From a virus (lineage: Duplodnaviria > Heunggongvirae > Uroviricota > Caudoviricetes), in the IMG/VR virus record IMGVR_UViG_2690316166_000009: DNA of 10,715 nt; one strand, given 5' to 3'. Each line of letters opens with the position of its first letter. Within the stretch, counting starts at the first letter, position 1. Position numbers and translations under genes: made by a program. Below the pieces are notes generated by a model. That model searched no databases. It saw nothing but the letters and a program-made list of their open reading frames with translations, and was not told the origin of the DNA. Below, piece after piece: positions 1 to 8,918 of this stretch.

Positions 1-148
1 ACGCATTTTCGTCGTGCGGGGTTCCTGTTCATGCGGGGACGCCAGCAGGTTGACGTCACCCCGGAGCAGCTTGCCCGACTGGAAGCCACCGAAACCGATA
101 TGCGGGCACGTTACCGCGAGGATTTGCTCAGGCCATTACTGGCCGTGC
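1..148 (+). CDS. hypothetical phage virion protein, partial (Mu gp35/gp36 position); open from window start and continues into masked block 149-427
   Basis: Frame 1 is open from nt 1 with protein-like, charged composition (…MRGRQQVDVTPEQLARLEATETDMRARYREDLLRPLLAV). The alternative frame 2 reading (14..) is Cys/Pro-rich and looks non-coding here. The same frame 1 is also open across the visible island 428-478 (TDGAAPESGDLPQVQS). Family unknown. Confidence 0.3.
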
Positions 149-689
149 NNNNNNNNNNNNNNNNNNNNNNNNNNNNNNNNNNNNNNNNNNNNNNNNNNNN
201 NNNNNNNNNNNNNNNNNNNNNNNNNNNNNNNNNNNNNNNNNNNNNNNNNNNNNNNNNNNNNNNNNNNNNNNNNNNNNNNNNNNNNNNNNNNNNNNNNNNN
301 NNNNNNNNNNNNNNNNNNNNNNNNNNNNNNNNNNNNNNNNNNNNNNNNNNNNNNNNNNNNNNNNNNNNNNNNNNNNNNNNNNNNNNNNNNNNNNNNNNNN
401 NNNNNNNNNNNNNNNNNNNNNNNNNNNATACCGACGGTGCGGCCCCTGAATCCGGGGATTTACCGCAGGTGCAGTCTGNNNNNNNNNNNNNNNNNNNNNN
501 NNNNNNNNNNNNNNNNNNNNNNNNNNNNNNNNNNNNNNNNNNNNNNNNNNNNNNNNNNNNNNNNNNNNNNNNNNNNNNNNNNNNNNNNNNNNNNNNNNNN
601 NNNNNNNNNNNNNNNNNNNNNNNNNNNNNNNNNNNNNNNNNNNNNNNNNNNNNNNNNNNNNNNNNNNNNNNNNNNNNNNNNNNNNNNNN

Positions 690-1144
690 GCACCATGCTG
701 ATTAACGCCCCGGCTATCTATGTTGCCTGGCTGGGTGCCGGTGAAGGGCGTACCCGTGGGCGTCTGGTCAGTCACTGGGTGTTCTACGTCATCGGCGACA
801 TGCTCAATGGCCGTGAGGTCAGCCGTCCGGGACTTTATCAGATTGTGGCCCGCCTGATTGCCGTACTGAACGGCTTCAGAACCGAAAAAACCTCACCGCT
901 TTACTTTGAAAAGGCGGTTAACGGTTACACCGAAACGCAGGCCGACAGCGGAGCCGTGATGTACGCCCTTTATTTCTCATGCGAGGAAATGATCGACCCG
1001 CTGACGGATATCAGCTCGCTGGATGATTTCCTGCGCCATTACGAAACCTTCACCGAACCGGAAGGCACACCGGAATTTAAGGCGCACATCAGCCTGCCAG
1101 GTGCAACCGCCGCCGGTGAAAAAGCCGGACCGTCAGAGGAATAA
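690..1144 (+). CDS. phage virion morphogenesis / head-tail joining protein, Mu gp37 position (C-terminal ~150 aa visible; start lies in masked block 479-689)
   Basis: Frame 2 ORF ending at TAA 1142-1144 with globular-looking composition (…VSHWVFYVIGDMLNGREVSRPGLYQIVARLIAVLNGF…). It sits two genes upstream of the sheath, as Mu gp37 does. The 376-aa ORF 14..1144 in the track is probably two genes in different frames joined through the masks. Confidence 0.45.
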
Positions 1145-1147
1145 CAG

Positions 1148-1471
1148 ATGACAACCATTTTTATCAAACCCGCGCCGGGATGCCTGATCCGCGATCCGGA
1201 CACCATGAAACCGCTGGCGCAGGAGGGAGAGGAAAAACCCTTCACCCCGTTCTGGTGCCGCCGTCTTAATGACGGGGACGTCATTGTGGTGGAAAAAGCG
1301 GCTGAAGCAGCACCGGCAGCAGCGTCTGCAACGACTGATGCCGCCGGAAAACCCGCGNNNNNNNNNNNNNNNNNNNNNNNNNNNNNNNNNNNNNNNNNNN
1401 NNNNNNNNNNNNNNNNNNNNNNGCGACTGAAAAACCCGCAGCATCAGACAAGGGGACGTCCTGATGATTAA
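1148..1471 (+). CDS. small conserved protein immediately upstream of tail sheath (Mu gp38-like; resembles DUF2635-type proteins from memory)
   Basis: ATG 1148 lies 3 nt after the upstream TAA, with GAGGA at 1136-1140 as ribosome-binding site. N-terminus MTTIFIKPAPGCLIRDPDTMKPLAQEGEEKPFTPFWCRRLNDGDVIVVEK is followed by an Ala/Pro-rich tail. The 3' end crosses masked block 1358-1422, so the true stop is either TAA 1469-1471 (coordinate frame) or TGA 1462-1464 (adjacent frame). Confidence 0.5.
   Translation: MTTIFIKPAPGCLIRDPDTMKPLAQEGEEKPFTPFWCRRLNDGDVIVVEKAAEAAPAAASATTDAAGKPAXXXXXXXXXXXXXXXXXXXXXXRLKNPQHQTRGRPDD
1450..1456 (+). promoter_or_regulatory. Shine-Dalgarno-like AAGGGGA for the tail sheath gene
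   Basis: Purine-rich AAGGGGA sits 7 nt upstream of ATG 1464. Confidence 0.45.
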
Positions 1472-2966
1472 CTTTGATTATATCGGCGATAACAATCGCA
1501 TTCCGCTGGTACAGATTGAAATCAATAATTCAATGGCCGTGACCGGCACTCCACCACAGCGTCAGGCGGTACTGTTGTTTGGTCAGGCTGCAATGAAAGA
1601 CACCACCATTCAGGGGCGCGGTCAGCTTGATGTACCAGTACGTATTACCCGAGCTTCACAAGCAAGAGAACTCTGGGGGCGAGGTTCCATGATTGCACTG
1701 ATGGTAGAGGAATTTATCGCCATTAACCCTGACACAGAGTTATATGCCATTGCACAGGGGGCTGGAACAGGTCAGTCCAGGGCATGCGTGATGAATATCA
1801 TTGGAACAGCATTGGCAGACGGGGTGTTAAGTGTTTACATCGGCGGTCGCCGTTACCTCCTGCCCGTCAGTAAGGGGAAAAAAGGTAAAGAGCTTGTGGA
1901 AGAGCTGGCTAAGGTCATTAACGCTGACACTGATGCGCCATTCACTGCTATCGCAGCTGAAGTCAGTGGTGATAATGCTGAAGGACTTAAAGGGAGCATG
2001 GGGGTTAACGCCCGCTTTATCGGTGAATGCTCAGCTCATGATTTACGGGTGAACTATTATGACGGTGAAACTACACCGGCCGGTCTTACGCTGGAGCTCG
2101 TCGCGCCAACACAGAAGGCAACAAACCCCGATATCACCCGTAGCGTCTCAGGGATGGGGAATCGTCAGTACAACTACATCGTCATGCCCTATAAGGATGC
2201 GGCAAATCTCAAAATTCTGGCGGATGAACTGCTGAAACGCTGGGGACCGGTAAAAATGTCGGACGGTATGGTCTGGATGGCGCATACCGGCACCTTCGGT
2301 ACGGCAACCAGTTTTGGTGAATCCCGTAATGACTTCCTGTTTACCTGCACTTCTATTCCTAAAGCACCAGAGCCGGATTATGTCTGGGCGGCCTCCATTT
2401 GTGCGGTCTGTGCGCCCTCCCTGTCAACGGATCCGGCCCGACCATTACAGACACTGGCGCTGCCTGCCCGTATGGCACCTGAAGCACCGGCTCGTCTGAC
2501 GCGGGAAGAGCGAAACAGCCTGCTTTATACCGGCATGTCCACGGTGACCGTTGCGGCCGCTGATGTGGTGCAGATTGAACGTCAGGTGACGATGTACCGT
2601 CAGAATGCATACGGCGAAAGCGATCCCAGCTATCTGGATGTAGAAACCATCTACACCCTGTCATATCTGCGTTATTCCCTGCGCACCTTTATCACGCAGC
2701 GTTTCCCGCGCCACAAACTGGCCGATAACGGTACTCCCGTCCGGCCCGGTCAGAATATCGTGACGCCGGAGATTATGACGCTCCAGCTGATTGCACTGGG
2801 GGAAGAATGGGTGGAACTCGGGCTGGTCGAAAATCTGGACACCTTTAAAAAGAATCTGCTCGTGGAGCGCAACACAAAAGACCGTAACCGTCTGGATGTG
2901 ATGTGTACACCGGATCTGGTTAACCAGTTCCGCTTCATGGCCGCGCAGATCCGTTTCATTTTGTGA
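1464..2966 (+). CDS. contractile tail sheath protein (Mu L/gp39-like)
   Basis: Complete 500-aa ORF (MINFDYIGDNNRIPLVQIEINN…), unmasked, ATG 1464 to TGA 2964-2966. Size and position (directly upstream of the tube start and the chaperone/tape-measure pair) are as expected for a Mu-type sheath. The start overlaps the upstream gene's stop (ATGATTAA). Confidence 0.8.
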   Translation: MINFDYIGDNNRIPLVQIEINNSMAVTGTPPQRQAVLLFGQAAMKDTTIQGRGQLDVPVRITRASQARELWGRGSMIALMVEEFIAINPDTELYAIAQGAGTGQSRACVMNIIGTALADGVLSVYIGGRRYLLPVSKGKKGKELVEELAKVINADTDAPFTAIAAEVSGDNAEGLKGSMGVNARFIGECSAHDLRVNYYDGETTPAGLTLELVAPTQKATNPDITRSVSGMGNRQYNYIVMPYKDAANLKILADELLKRWGPVKMSDGMVWMAHTGTFGTATSFGESRNDFLFTCTSIPKAPEPDYVWAASICAVCAPSLSTDPARPLQTLALPARMAPEAPARLTREERNSLLYTGMSTVTVAAADVVQIERQVTMYRQNAYGESDPSYLDVETIYTLSYLRYSLRTFITQRFPRHKLADNGTPVRPGQNIVTPEIMTLQLIALGEEWVELGLVENLDTFKKNLLVERNTKDRNRLDVMCTPDLVNQFRFMAAQIRFIL

Positions 2967-2974
2967 GGTAAGGC

Positions 2975-3400
2975 ATGAGNNNNNNNNNNNNNNNNNNNNN
3001 NNNNNNNNNNNNNNNNNNNNNNNNNNNNNNNNNNNNNNNNNNNNNNNNNNNNNNNNNNNNNNNNNNNNNNNNNNNNNNNNNNNNNNNNNNNNNNNNNNNN
3101 NNNNNNNNNNNNNNNNNNNNNNNNNNNNNNNNNNNNNNNNNNNNNNNNNNNNNNNNNNNNNNNNNNNNNNNNNNNNNNNNNNNNNNNNNNNNNNNNNNNN
3201 NNNNNNNNNNNNNNNNNNNNNNNNNNNNNNNNNNNNNNNNNNNNNNNNNNNNNNNNNNNNNNNNNNNNNNNNNNNNNNNNNNNNNNNNNNNNNNNNNNNN
3301 NNNNNNNNNNNNNNNNNNNNNNNNNNNNNNNNNNNNNNNNNNNNNNNNNNNNNNNNNNNNNNNNNNNNNNNNNNNNNNNNNNNNNNNNNNNNNNNNNNNN
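2975..3400 (+). CDS. tail tube protein (Mu M/gp40-like); only the start codon is visible, end coordinate is an estimate
   Basis: ATG 2975 lies 8 nt after the sheath stop, preceded by GAGGTAAGG (2965-2973). The rest is inside masked block 2980-3581. The call rests purely on the conserved sheath-then-tube order; length is assumed to be about 120-170 aa. Confidence 0.35.
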
Positions 3401-3581
3401 NNNNNNNNNNNNNNNNNNNNNNNNNNNNNNNNNNNNNNNNNNNNNNNNNNNNNNNNNNNNNNNNNNNNNNNNNNNNNNNNNNNNNNNNNNNNNNNNNNNN
3501 NNNNNNNNNNNNNNNNNNNNNNNNNNNNNNNNNNNNNNNNNNNNNNNNNNNNNNNNNNNNNNNNNNNNNNNNNNNNNNNNN

Positions 3582-4009
3582 AACAGCTGGCGAACGGCTA
3601 TGTGGATCTGCTCGACGGTCTGCCGTTCGGGGAATCCCGTGAATACCGCGTCACCTTCCGCGAACTGACGGCGAAAGACAGCATTGACGCGGAAACCGAG
3701 GCCGAGCGTCTTATGGAAACCCGAANNNNNNNNNNNNNNNNNNNNNNNNNNNNNNNNNNNNNNNNNNNNNNNNNNNNNNNNNNNNNNNNNNNNNNNNNNN
3801 NNNNNNNNNNNNNNNNNNNNNNNNNNNNNNNNNNNNNNNNNNNNNNNNNNNNNNNNNNNNNNNNNNNNNNNNNNNNNNNNNNNNNNNNNNNNNNNNNNNN
3901 NNNNNNNNNNNNNNNNNNNNNNNNNNNNNNNNNNNNNNNNNNNNNNNNNNNNNNNNNNNNNNNNNNNNNNNNNNNNNNNNNNNNNNNNNNNNNNNNNNNG
4001 GGATGGTGA
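3582..4009 (+). CDS. tail assembly chaperone (P2 gpE / Mu gp41-like); internal fragment visible at 3582-3725, true start upstream in mask
   Basis: Visible translation QLANGYVDLLDGLPFGESREYRVTFRELTAKDSIDAETEAERLMETR fits my recollection of the gpE/gp41 chaperone family (L..P.G…V.LREL…D…AE). The same coordinate frame ends at TGA 4007-4009, directly upstream of the tape measure gene. Confidence 0.5.
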
Positions 4010-4157
4010 CAAAAAGCGGCCCGGAGTGGGCGCTTAACCTCCCTTNNNNNNNNNNNNNNNNNNNNNNNNNNNNNNNNNNNNNNNNNNNNNNNNNNNNNNN
4101 NNNNNNNNNNNNNNNNNNNNNNNNNNNNNNNNNNNNNNNNNNNNNNNNNNNNNNNNN

Positions 4158-6448
4158 CCTCCCTGATTGTCGATTTACTCGGCAATATTTCCGCCAAATC
4201 CCGCCAGTGGTCACAGGAGCTGGGGGCGTTCTCCCGTTCCGGCAGGACAGGCCTGGGTGGTCTTGGAAATGCAGCCCGCCGGGCCGGTCAGGAAACAGAA
4301 CTTGTCGGCTCCCGTATGCAGCGAACGCTTGCCGGTGTTCGTGGCAGCATCCGCACGGTAACGTCAGATTTTGACCGCCTGCAGGGCAGCATTACCGGCA
4401 CCATCGGGCGGATAAGCAACCTTTACGGGATGCTGGCGGGAGGGGCTGCGGTCTACGGTTTTAATAAAGCCTTTATCCGCCCGGCCGCAGAGATGGAGAA
4501 CTATATTCTGCGTCTCAACGCCATTAATCATGGCGATACGGCAAAAACGGAAGCAGTGAAAGCCTGGGCAGTACAGAACGCCAAAGACACCACCTGGGGG
4601 CTGGCGGGGGTTATGCAGGAATACGCCTCCAGTCGCGGGTTTGGCATGAGTGACAGGGAAGCCCGTCGCTTTATTACCATGCTTCAGGATCAGGGCGGCT
4701 ATCACGGCTGGTCACTGTCAGATGCACAGGGTGCGTCCCTGCAACTCAAACAGATGTTTGCCCGCCAGAGTATCCAGGCAGCGGACGCCAATATTCTGAC
4801 CGGATACGGGATTAACGTTTACCAGTTACTGGCCGATAAGCTGGGCGTAAACCAGAAGATCATCCGTGAGAAAGGCGAAAAAGGAAAACTGGGGCCGGAC
4901 AGCATTCGCCTGTTATTTCAGGTGATGGCCGAACAGGCAAAAGGTGCCCAGAAAAACGCCATGAATTCCTGGACGGGAATGACGTCCATGATGGGCGATG
5001 TCTGGGACGGATTTGCCCGCGAGGTGATGGCAAAGGGACCGTTTGATAGCCTGAAAAAGAGCCTGAAAGGCTTCCTGGATTATGCCGATGCGGCACAGAA
5101 AAGCGGCTTACAGGATAAGCTGGCCACACAGACGGCCTTAGCTCTGAATCAGGGATTTGAGTATGCCAGAGACGCTGCGACCGGCTTTTACCGGGTCATT
5201 CAGAAAGTCAGGGAAACGCTTCAGGCACTGCGCGACGCCGGTTATGGCGATGCGCTGGATCGTATTGGTCAGGGTGCGCAGACCGCCGCAAAGTACCTGA
5301 TGTATATGTATCTCGCCTCCCGTGCGCTGAAGGTGCTCAGGTTTGCGGGGACGGGGGCATTACGTCTCGGCGCAACCCCCTTACGCTATGGCATGGCGAT
5401 GACCTCCGTGCTGACGTCGCCCTTCCGCAAACCGCAGACCACTGTACCGGGAACGCAGCCCNNNNNNNNNNNNNNNNNNNNNNNNNNNNNNNNNNNNNNN
5501 NNNNNNNNNNNNNNNNNNNNNNNNNNNNNNNNNNNNNNNNNNNNNNNNNNNNNNNNNNNNNNNNNNNNNNNNNNNNNNNNNNNNNNNNNNNNNNNNNNNN
5601 NNNNNNNNNNNNNNNNNNNNNNNNNNNNNNNNNNNNNNNNNNNNNNNNNNNNNNNNNNNNNNNNNNNNNNNNNNNNNNNNNNNNNNNNNNNNNNNNNNNN
5701 NNNNNNNNNNNNNNNNNNNNNNNNNNNNNNNNNNNNNNNNNNNNNNNNNNNNNNNNNNNNNNNNNNNNNNNNNNNNNNNNNNNNNNNNNNNNNNNNNNNN
5801 NNNNNNNNNNNNNNNNNNNNNNNNNNNNNNNNNNNNNNNNNNNNNNNNNNNNNNNNNNNNNNNNNNNNNNNNNNNNNNNNNNNNNNNNNNNNNNNNNNNN
5901 NNNNNNNNNNNNNNNNNNNNNNNNNNNNNNNNNNNNNNNNNNNNNNNNNNNNNNNNNNNNNNNNNNNNNNNNNNNNNNNNNNNNNNNNNNNNNNNNNNNN
6001 NNNNNNNNNNNNNNNNNNNNNNNNNNNNNNNNNNNNNNNNNNNNNNNNNNNNNNNNNNNNNNNNNNNNNNNNNNNNNNNNNNNNNNNNNNNNNNNNNNNN
6101 NNNNNNNNNNNNNNNNNNNNNNNNNNNNNNNNNNNNNNNNNNNNNNNNNNNNNNNNNNNNNNNNNNNNNNNNNNNNNNNNNNNNNNNNNNNNNNNNNNNN
6201 NNNNNNNNNNNNNNNNNNNNNNNNNNNNNNNNNNNNNNNNNNNNNNNNNNNNNNNNNNNNNNNNNNNNNNNNNNNNNNNNNNNNNNNNNNNNNNNNNNNN
6301 NNNNNNNNNNNNNNNNNNNNNNNNNNNNNNNNNNNNNNNNNNNNNNNNNNNNNNNNNNNNNNNNNNNNNNNNNNNNNNNNNNNNNNNNNNNNNNNNNNNN
6401 NNNNNNNNNNCTGGTTTATCAGGAGCAGCGGGAACGGGGCGGACGTAA
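4158..6448 (+). CDS. tail tape measure protein (Mu gp42-like); start and probably the true end are inside masked blocks
   Basis: Frame 2 is open from the first unmasked base 4158 (SLIVDLLGNISAKSRQWSQELGAFSRSGRTGLGG…; the track's ATG 4316 is internal), through a 710+ aa ORF to TAA 6446-6448. Composition and helical, Ala/Gly/Gln-rich character are typical of tape measure proteins, and it is the longest gene, located between chaperone and baseplate genes. The true 3' end may be inside mask 5462-6410, because the next gene's frame is already open at 6411. Confidence 0.8.
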
Positions 6449-7805
6449 CATTGTGCGCCGTGAATACCCACTGCGTGAAAGCGGCGGTGCGGATGATCTG
6501 GGGCCAAAACTCCCGGAGTTCACATTCACGGTTCTAGTGACCGGAGACGATCTTCAGACACAGCGAAGCCGCCTGCGTGATGCGCTGCGTGCACCCGGTG
6601 CCGGTGAACTGATGCACCCGGATTACGGCACGTTAAACGTGCTGATAAACAGCTTTGAAAGCCGTTATAACGCCAGCGAGCAGGGAACGGTTGAGTTCAC
6701 GATCAACGTGATCCCCGCCAGTGACGATACCGCCCCTTCGGTGGCAGAAGATACGGCAGCTGCGCTGGAGCAGAAAAGCGGCTCAGCAATGAATCAGCTG
6801 TTTAACACACTTTCAGACGGCTGGACGGTGATTTCAGACGGTCTGCATGATGTACAGGCCATGACCGACACCATCAGCGATAAAATTGATGCGCTGGAGA
6901 ATGCCGTTTCAGGGATGGGGATTGTGCAGGATATCAGTGCCTTTACGGCCAGTTTTACTGCCCTGAAAGGGAATGCCGCCGCCCTGATTAATGCGCCCCG
7001 TCGCATGGCTGAATCGCTGGCCGGAATGTTTGCCGTGCTGGCGGGGCTGCCCGGCGATCCTTCCCTGTCGCTGACCGGAAAAGCCGGAACGCCGTCCGGC
7101 AGCCTGACCACAAACCGTGACAGCACGACAGAGCAGGCCATGCCGCAGCTGTACCGCACACTTTCTTCCCTGCGTTACACCCTCAGCGAACAGGATGATC
7201 CGCAGCGCCTGATTGGTCTGACGCCTGCGGCACAGAACAATATCCGTCTGCTGCGGAGCGTCATGCAGAGTGCAGCCCTGGTGTCGCAGGCGCAGACGGT
7301 CGGAAAACTGCTGGATCAGGTCATCCGGCAGAATACGACGCACGTTCAGGATACTGACCGTGCGGGCGGACTGGCCTGGCTGGAAAGTTCTGCTGATGTG
7401 CAGCGTATCAACCGGGATTTGAGCGATGCCATGGAACAACAGGTGCTGGATCTGTCCGCACAGGGCCATACCGGCACCGCCCTTGCATTACGTGATGCAG
7501 GGCTTGCGCTGACAGAAGATTTAACCACGCGGAGCGTGCATCTTCCCGGTGCTTTTCAGGTCNNNNNNNNNNNNNNNNNNNNNNNNNNNNNNNNNNNNNN
7601 NNNNNNNNNNNNNNNNNNNNNNNNNNNNNNNNNNNNNNNNNNNNNNNNNNNNNNNNNNNNNNNNNNNNNNNNNNNNNNNNNNNNNNNNNNNNNNNNNNNN
7701 NNNNNNNNNNNNNNNNNNNNNNNNNNNNNNNNNNNNNNNNNNNNNNNNNNNNNNNNNNNNNNNNNNNNNNNNNNNNNNNNNNNNNNNNNNNNNNNNNNNN
7801 NNNNN
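6411..7805 (+). CDS. DNA circulation protein (Mu N/gp43-like); start probably in mask upstream of 6411, end inside masked block 7563-8096 (estimate)
   Basis: Frame 0 is open from 6411 (LVYQEQRERGGRNIVRREYPLRESGGADDLGPKLPEFTFTVLVTGDDLQTQRSRLRDALRAPGAGELMHPDYGTLNV…). The GRR..EYP.R…DLG…GDD…R..L…PG.G.L.HP pattern matches what I recall of the DNA-circulation N-terminal domain. The track's GTG 6453 start would truncate that domain. Confidence 0.7.
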
Positions 7806-8918
7806 NNNNNNNNNNNNNNNNNNNNNNNNNNNNNNNNNNNNNNNNNNNNNNNNNNNNNNNNNNNNNNNNNNNNNNNNNNNNNNNNNNNNNNNNNNNNNNN
7901 NNNNNNNNNNNNNNNNNNNNNNNNNNNNNNNNNNNNNNNNNNNNNNNNNNNNNNNNNNNNNNNNNNNNNNNNNNNNNNNNNNNNNNNNNNNNNNNNNNNN
8001 NNNNNNNNNNNNNNNNNNNNNNNNNNNNNNNNNNNNNNNNNNNNNNNNNNNNNNNNNNNNNNNNNNNNNNNNNNNNNNNNNNNNNNNNNNNNNNNNGGCA
8101 GCCAGTGGCGCAACCGGACGCTGGCACAGATTGCCGCAGATTTATGTGCGCCCTTCGGGATAGCCGTGCGCTGGCAGGTTAACGACGACACGGCTGCACG
8201 CCCCTTCAGCTCTTTTACGCTGGAAAACTCAGAAACCGTGGCGGATGCGCTGACCCGTGCTGCCCGGCATCGCGGGGTGCTGGTGACCAGTAATGCTGAC
8301 GGCGATCTGGTGTTCACCCAGGCAGGAAGCCAGCAGACGGACAGACTGGTGCTGGGAGATAACCTGCTTGATGCCGATTACAACACGGACTGGCGAGGAC
8401 GATACAGCGAATACCGTGTCCGGGGACACGGGCGCGGTGGTGGCAAACGGGGAGACAGCGAATCCGCCGCCCGTCTGGCAGCACCTGTGGGCGTCATCAG
8501 TGATGAGCAGATCGGCCGCTACCGGCCGAAAATCATCCTCGCCGATCAACAGACAGGCATCACCGGTGCACGGCAGCGTGCCCTGCGTGAAATGCGCCGT
8601 GCGATTGCCCGTTCAGAACGGTTTTCTGCCACCGTGCGTGGCTGGTTCCGGGATGATGGCCGGTTATGGGATGTCAATCTGCTGACCGGTGTTTCAGCCC
8701 TGCGTTTCGGTATAGAACAGACTGAACTGCTGGTCTGTCAGGTGGAGTTTTTACTTGATGAGCATAACGGGGAAGTCACCCGGCTGGTACTGGCACCGCG
8801 TGACGGCTTTATCGTTCCGGCAGAGCCGGACAGTAAGGGCCGGGGTGGTTCCGGTGACGATGTTGATGCCTTTATTCGCCAGCAGATGAAAAAACAGGGG
8901 ATCAGCTTTGATGAATGA
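7790..8918 (+). CDS. gpD-like tail / baseplate hub protein (Mu P/gp44-like, phage late control D family); start inside mask (estimate)
   Basis: Visible C-terminal ~270 aa (8097-8918) ends at TGA 8916-8918. Its position between the N-like gene and the gp45-like gene matches the Mu order. The track shows N-like and P-like as one 821-aa ORF only because masked block 7563-8096 hides the junction. Confidence 0.7.

Noticed and set aside
14-1144. 376-aa + strand ORF read as a single gene
   Set aside because: Its 5' visible part (14-148) is Cys/Pro-rich and non-protein-like in this frame, while frame 1 is the protein-like frame there. Continuity depends entirely on two masked blocks. More likely two or more genes in different frames (gp36/gp37 positions).
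1831-2499. Short + strand ORFs nested in the sheath gene (1831..2052, 2314..2499) and minus-strand ORF 2359..2664
   Set aside because: Alternative-frame ORFs fully inside the 500-aa sheath ORF, with biased non-protein-like composition. No reason to prefer them.
2750-4012. 420-aa minus-strand ORF
   Set aside because: Almost entirely N-masked. The visible parts are antisense to the sheath 3' end and the chaperone and have low-complexity, Ser/Arg-rich composition. It is an artefact of reading through N.
4011-4016. AAAAAG run considered as a -1 slippery site for the chaperone
   Set aside because: It lies downstream of the chaperone-frame stop (TGA 4007-4009) and is not a complete X_XXY_YYZ heptamer, so it cannot mediate the proposed frameshift.
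4003-4374. 123-aa + strand ORF taken as a single real gene
   Set aside because: Only its first 14 codons (before the mask) look coding. After the mask the same frame is Cys/Trp/Arg-rich and is out of frame with the tape-measure reading. The visible start is discussed as a junction finding instead.
4364-4705. 113-aa minus-strand ORF inside the tape measure gene
   Set aside because: Antisense to a strongly protein-like + strand frame. Gly/Pro/Cys-rich odd composition, typical of spurious antisense ORFs in GC-rich coding DNA.
5386-6507. 373-aa minus-strand ORF
   Set aside because: About 95% masked; visible ends are antisense to the tape measure and N-like genes. No support.
6909-7469. 186-aa minus-strand ORF (and neighbours 6794..7159, 7346..7528) inside the N-like gene
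   Set aside because: Antisense to the DNA-circulation coding frame. Arg/Gln/Cys-rich composition, no ribosome-binding site context. Spurious.
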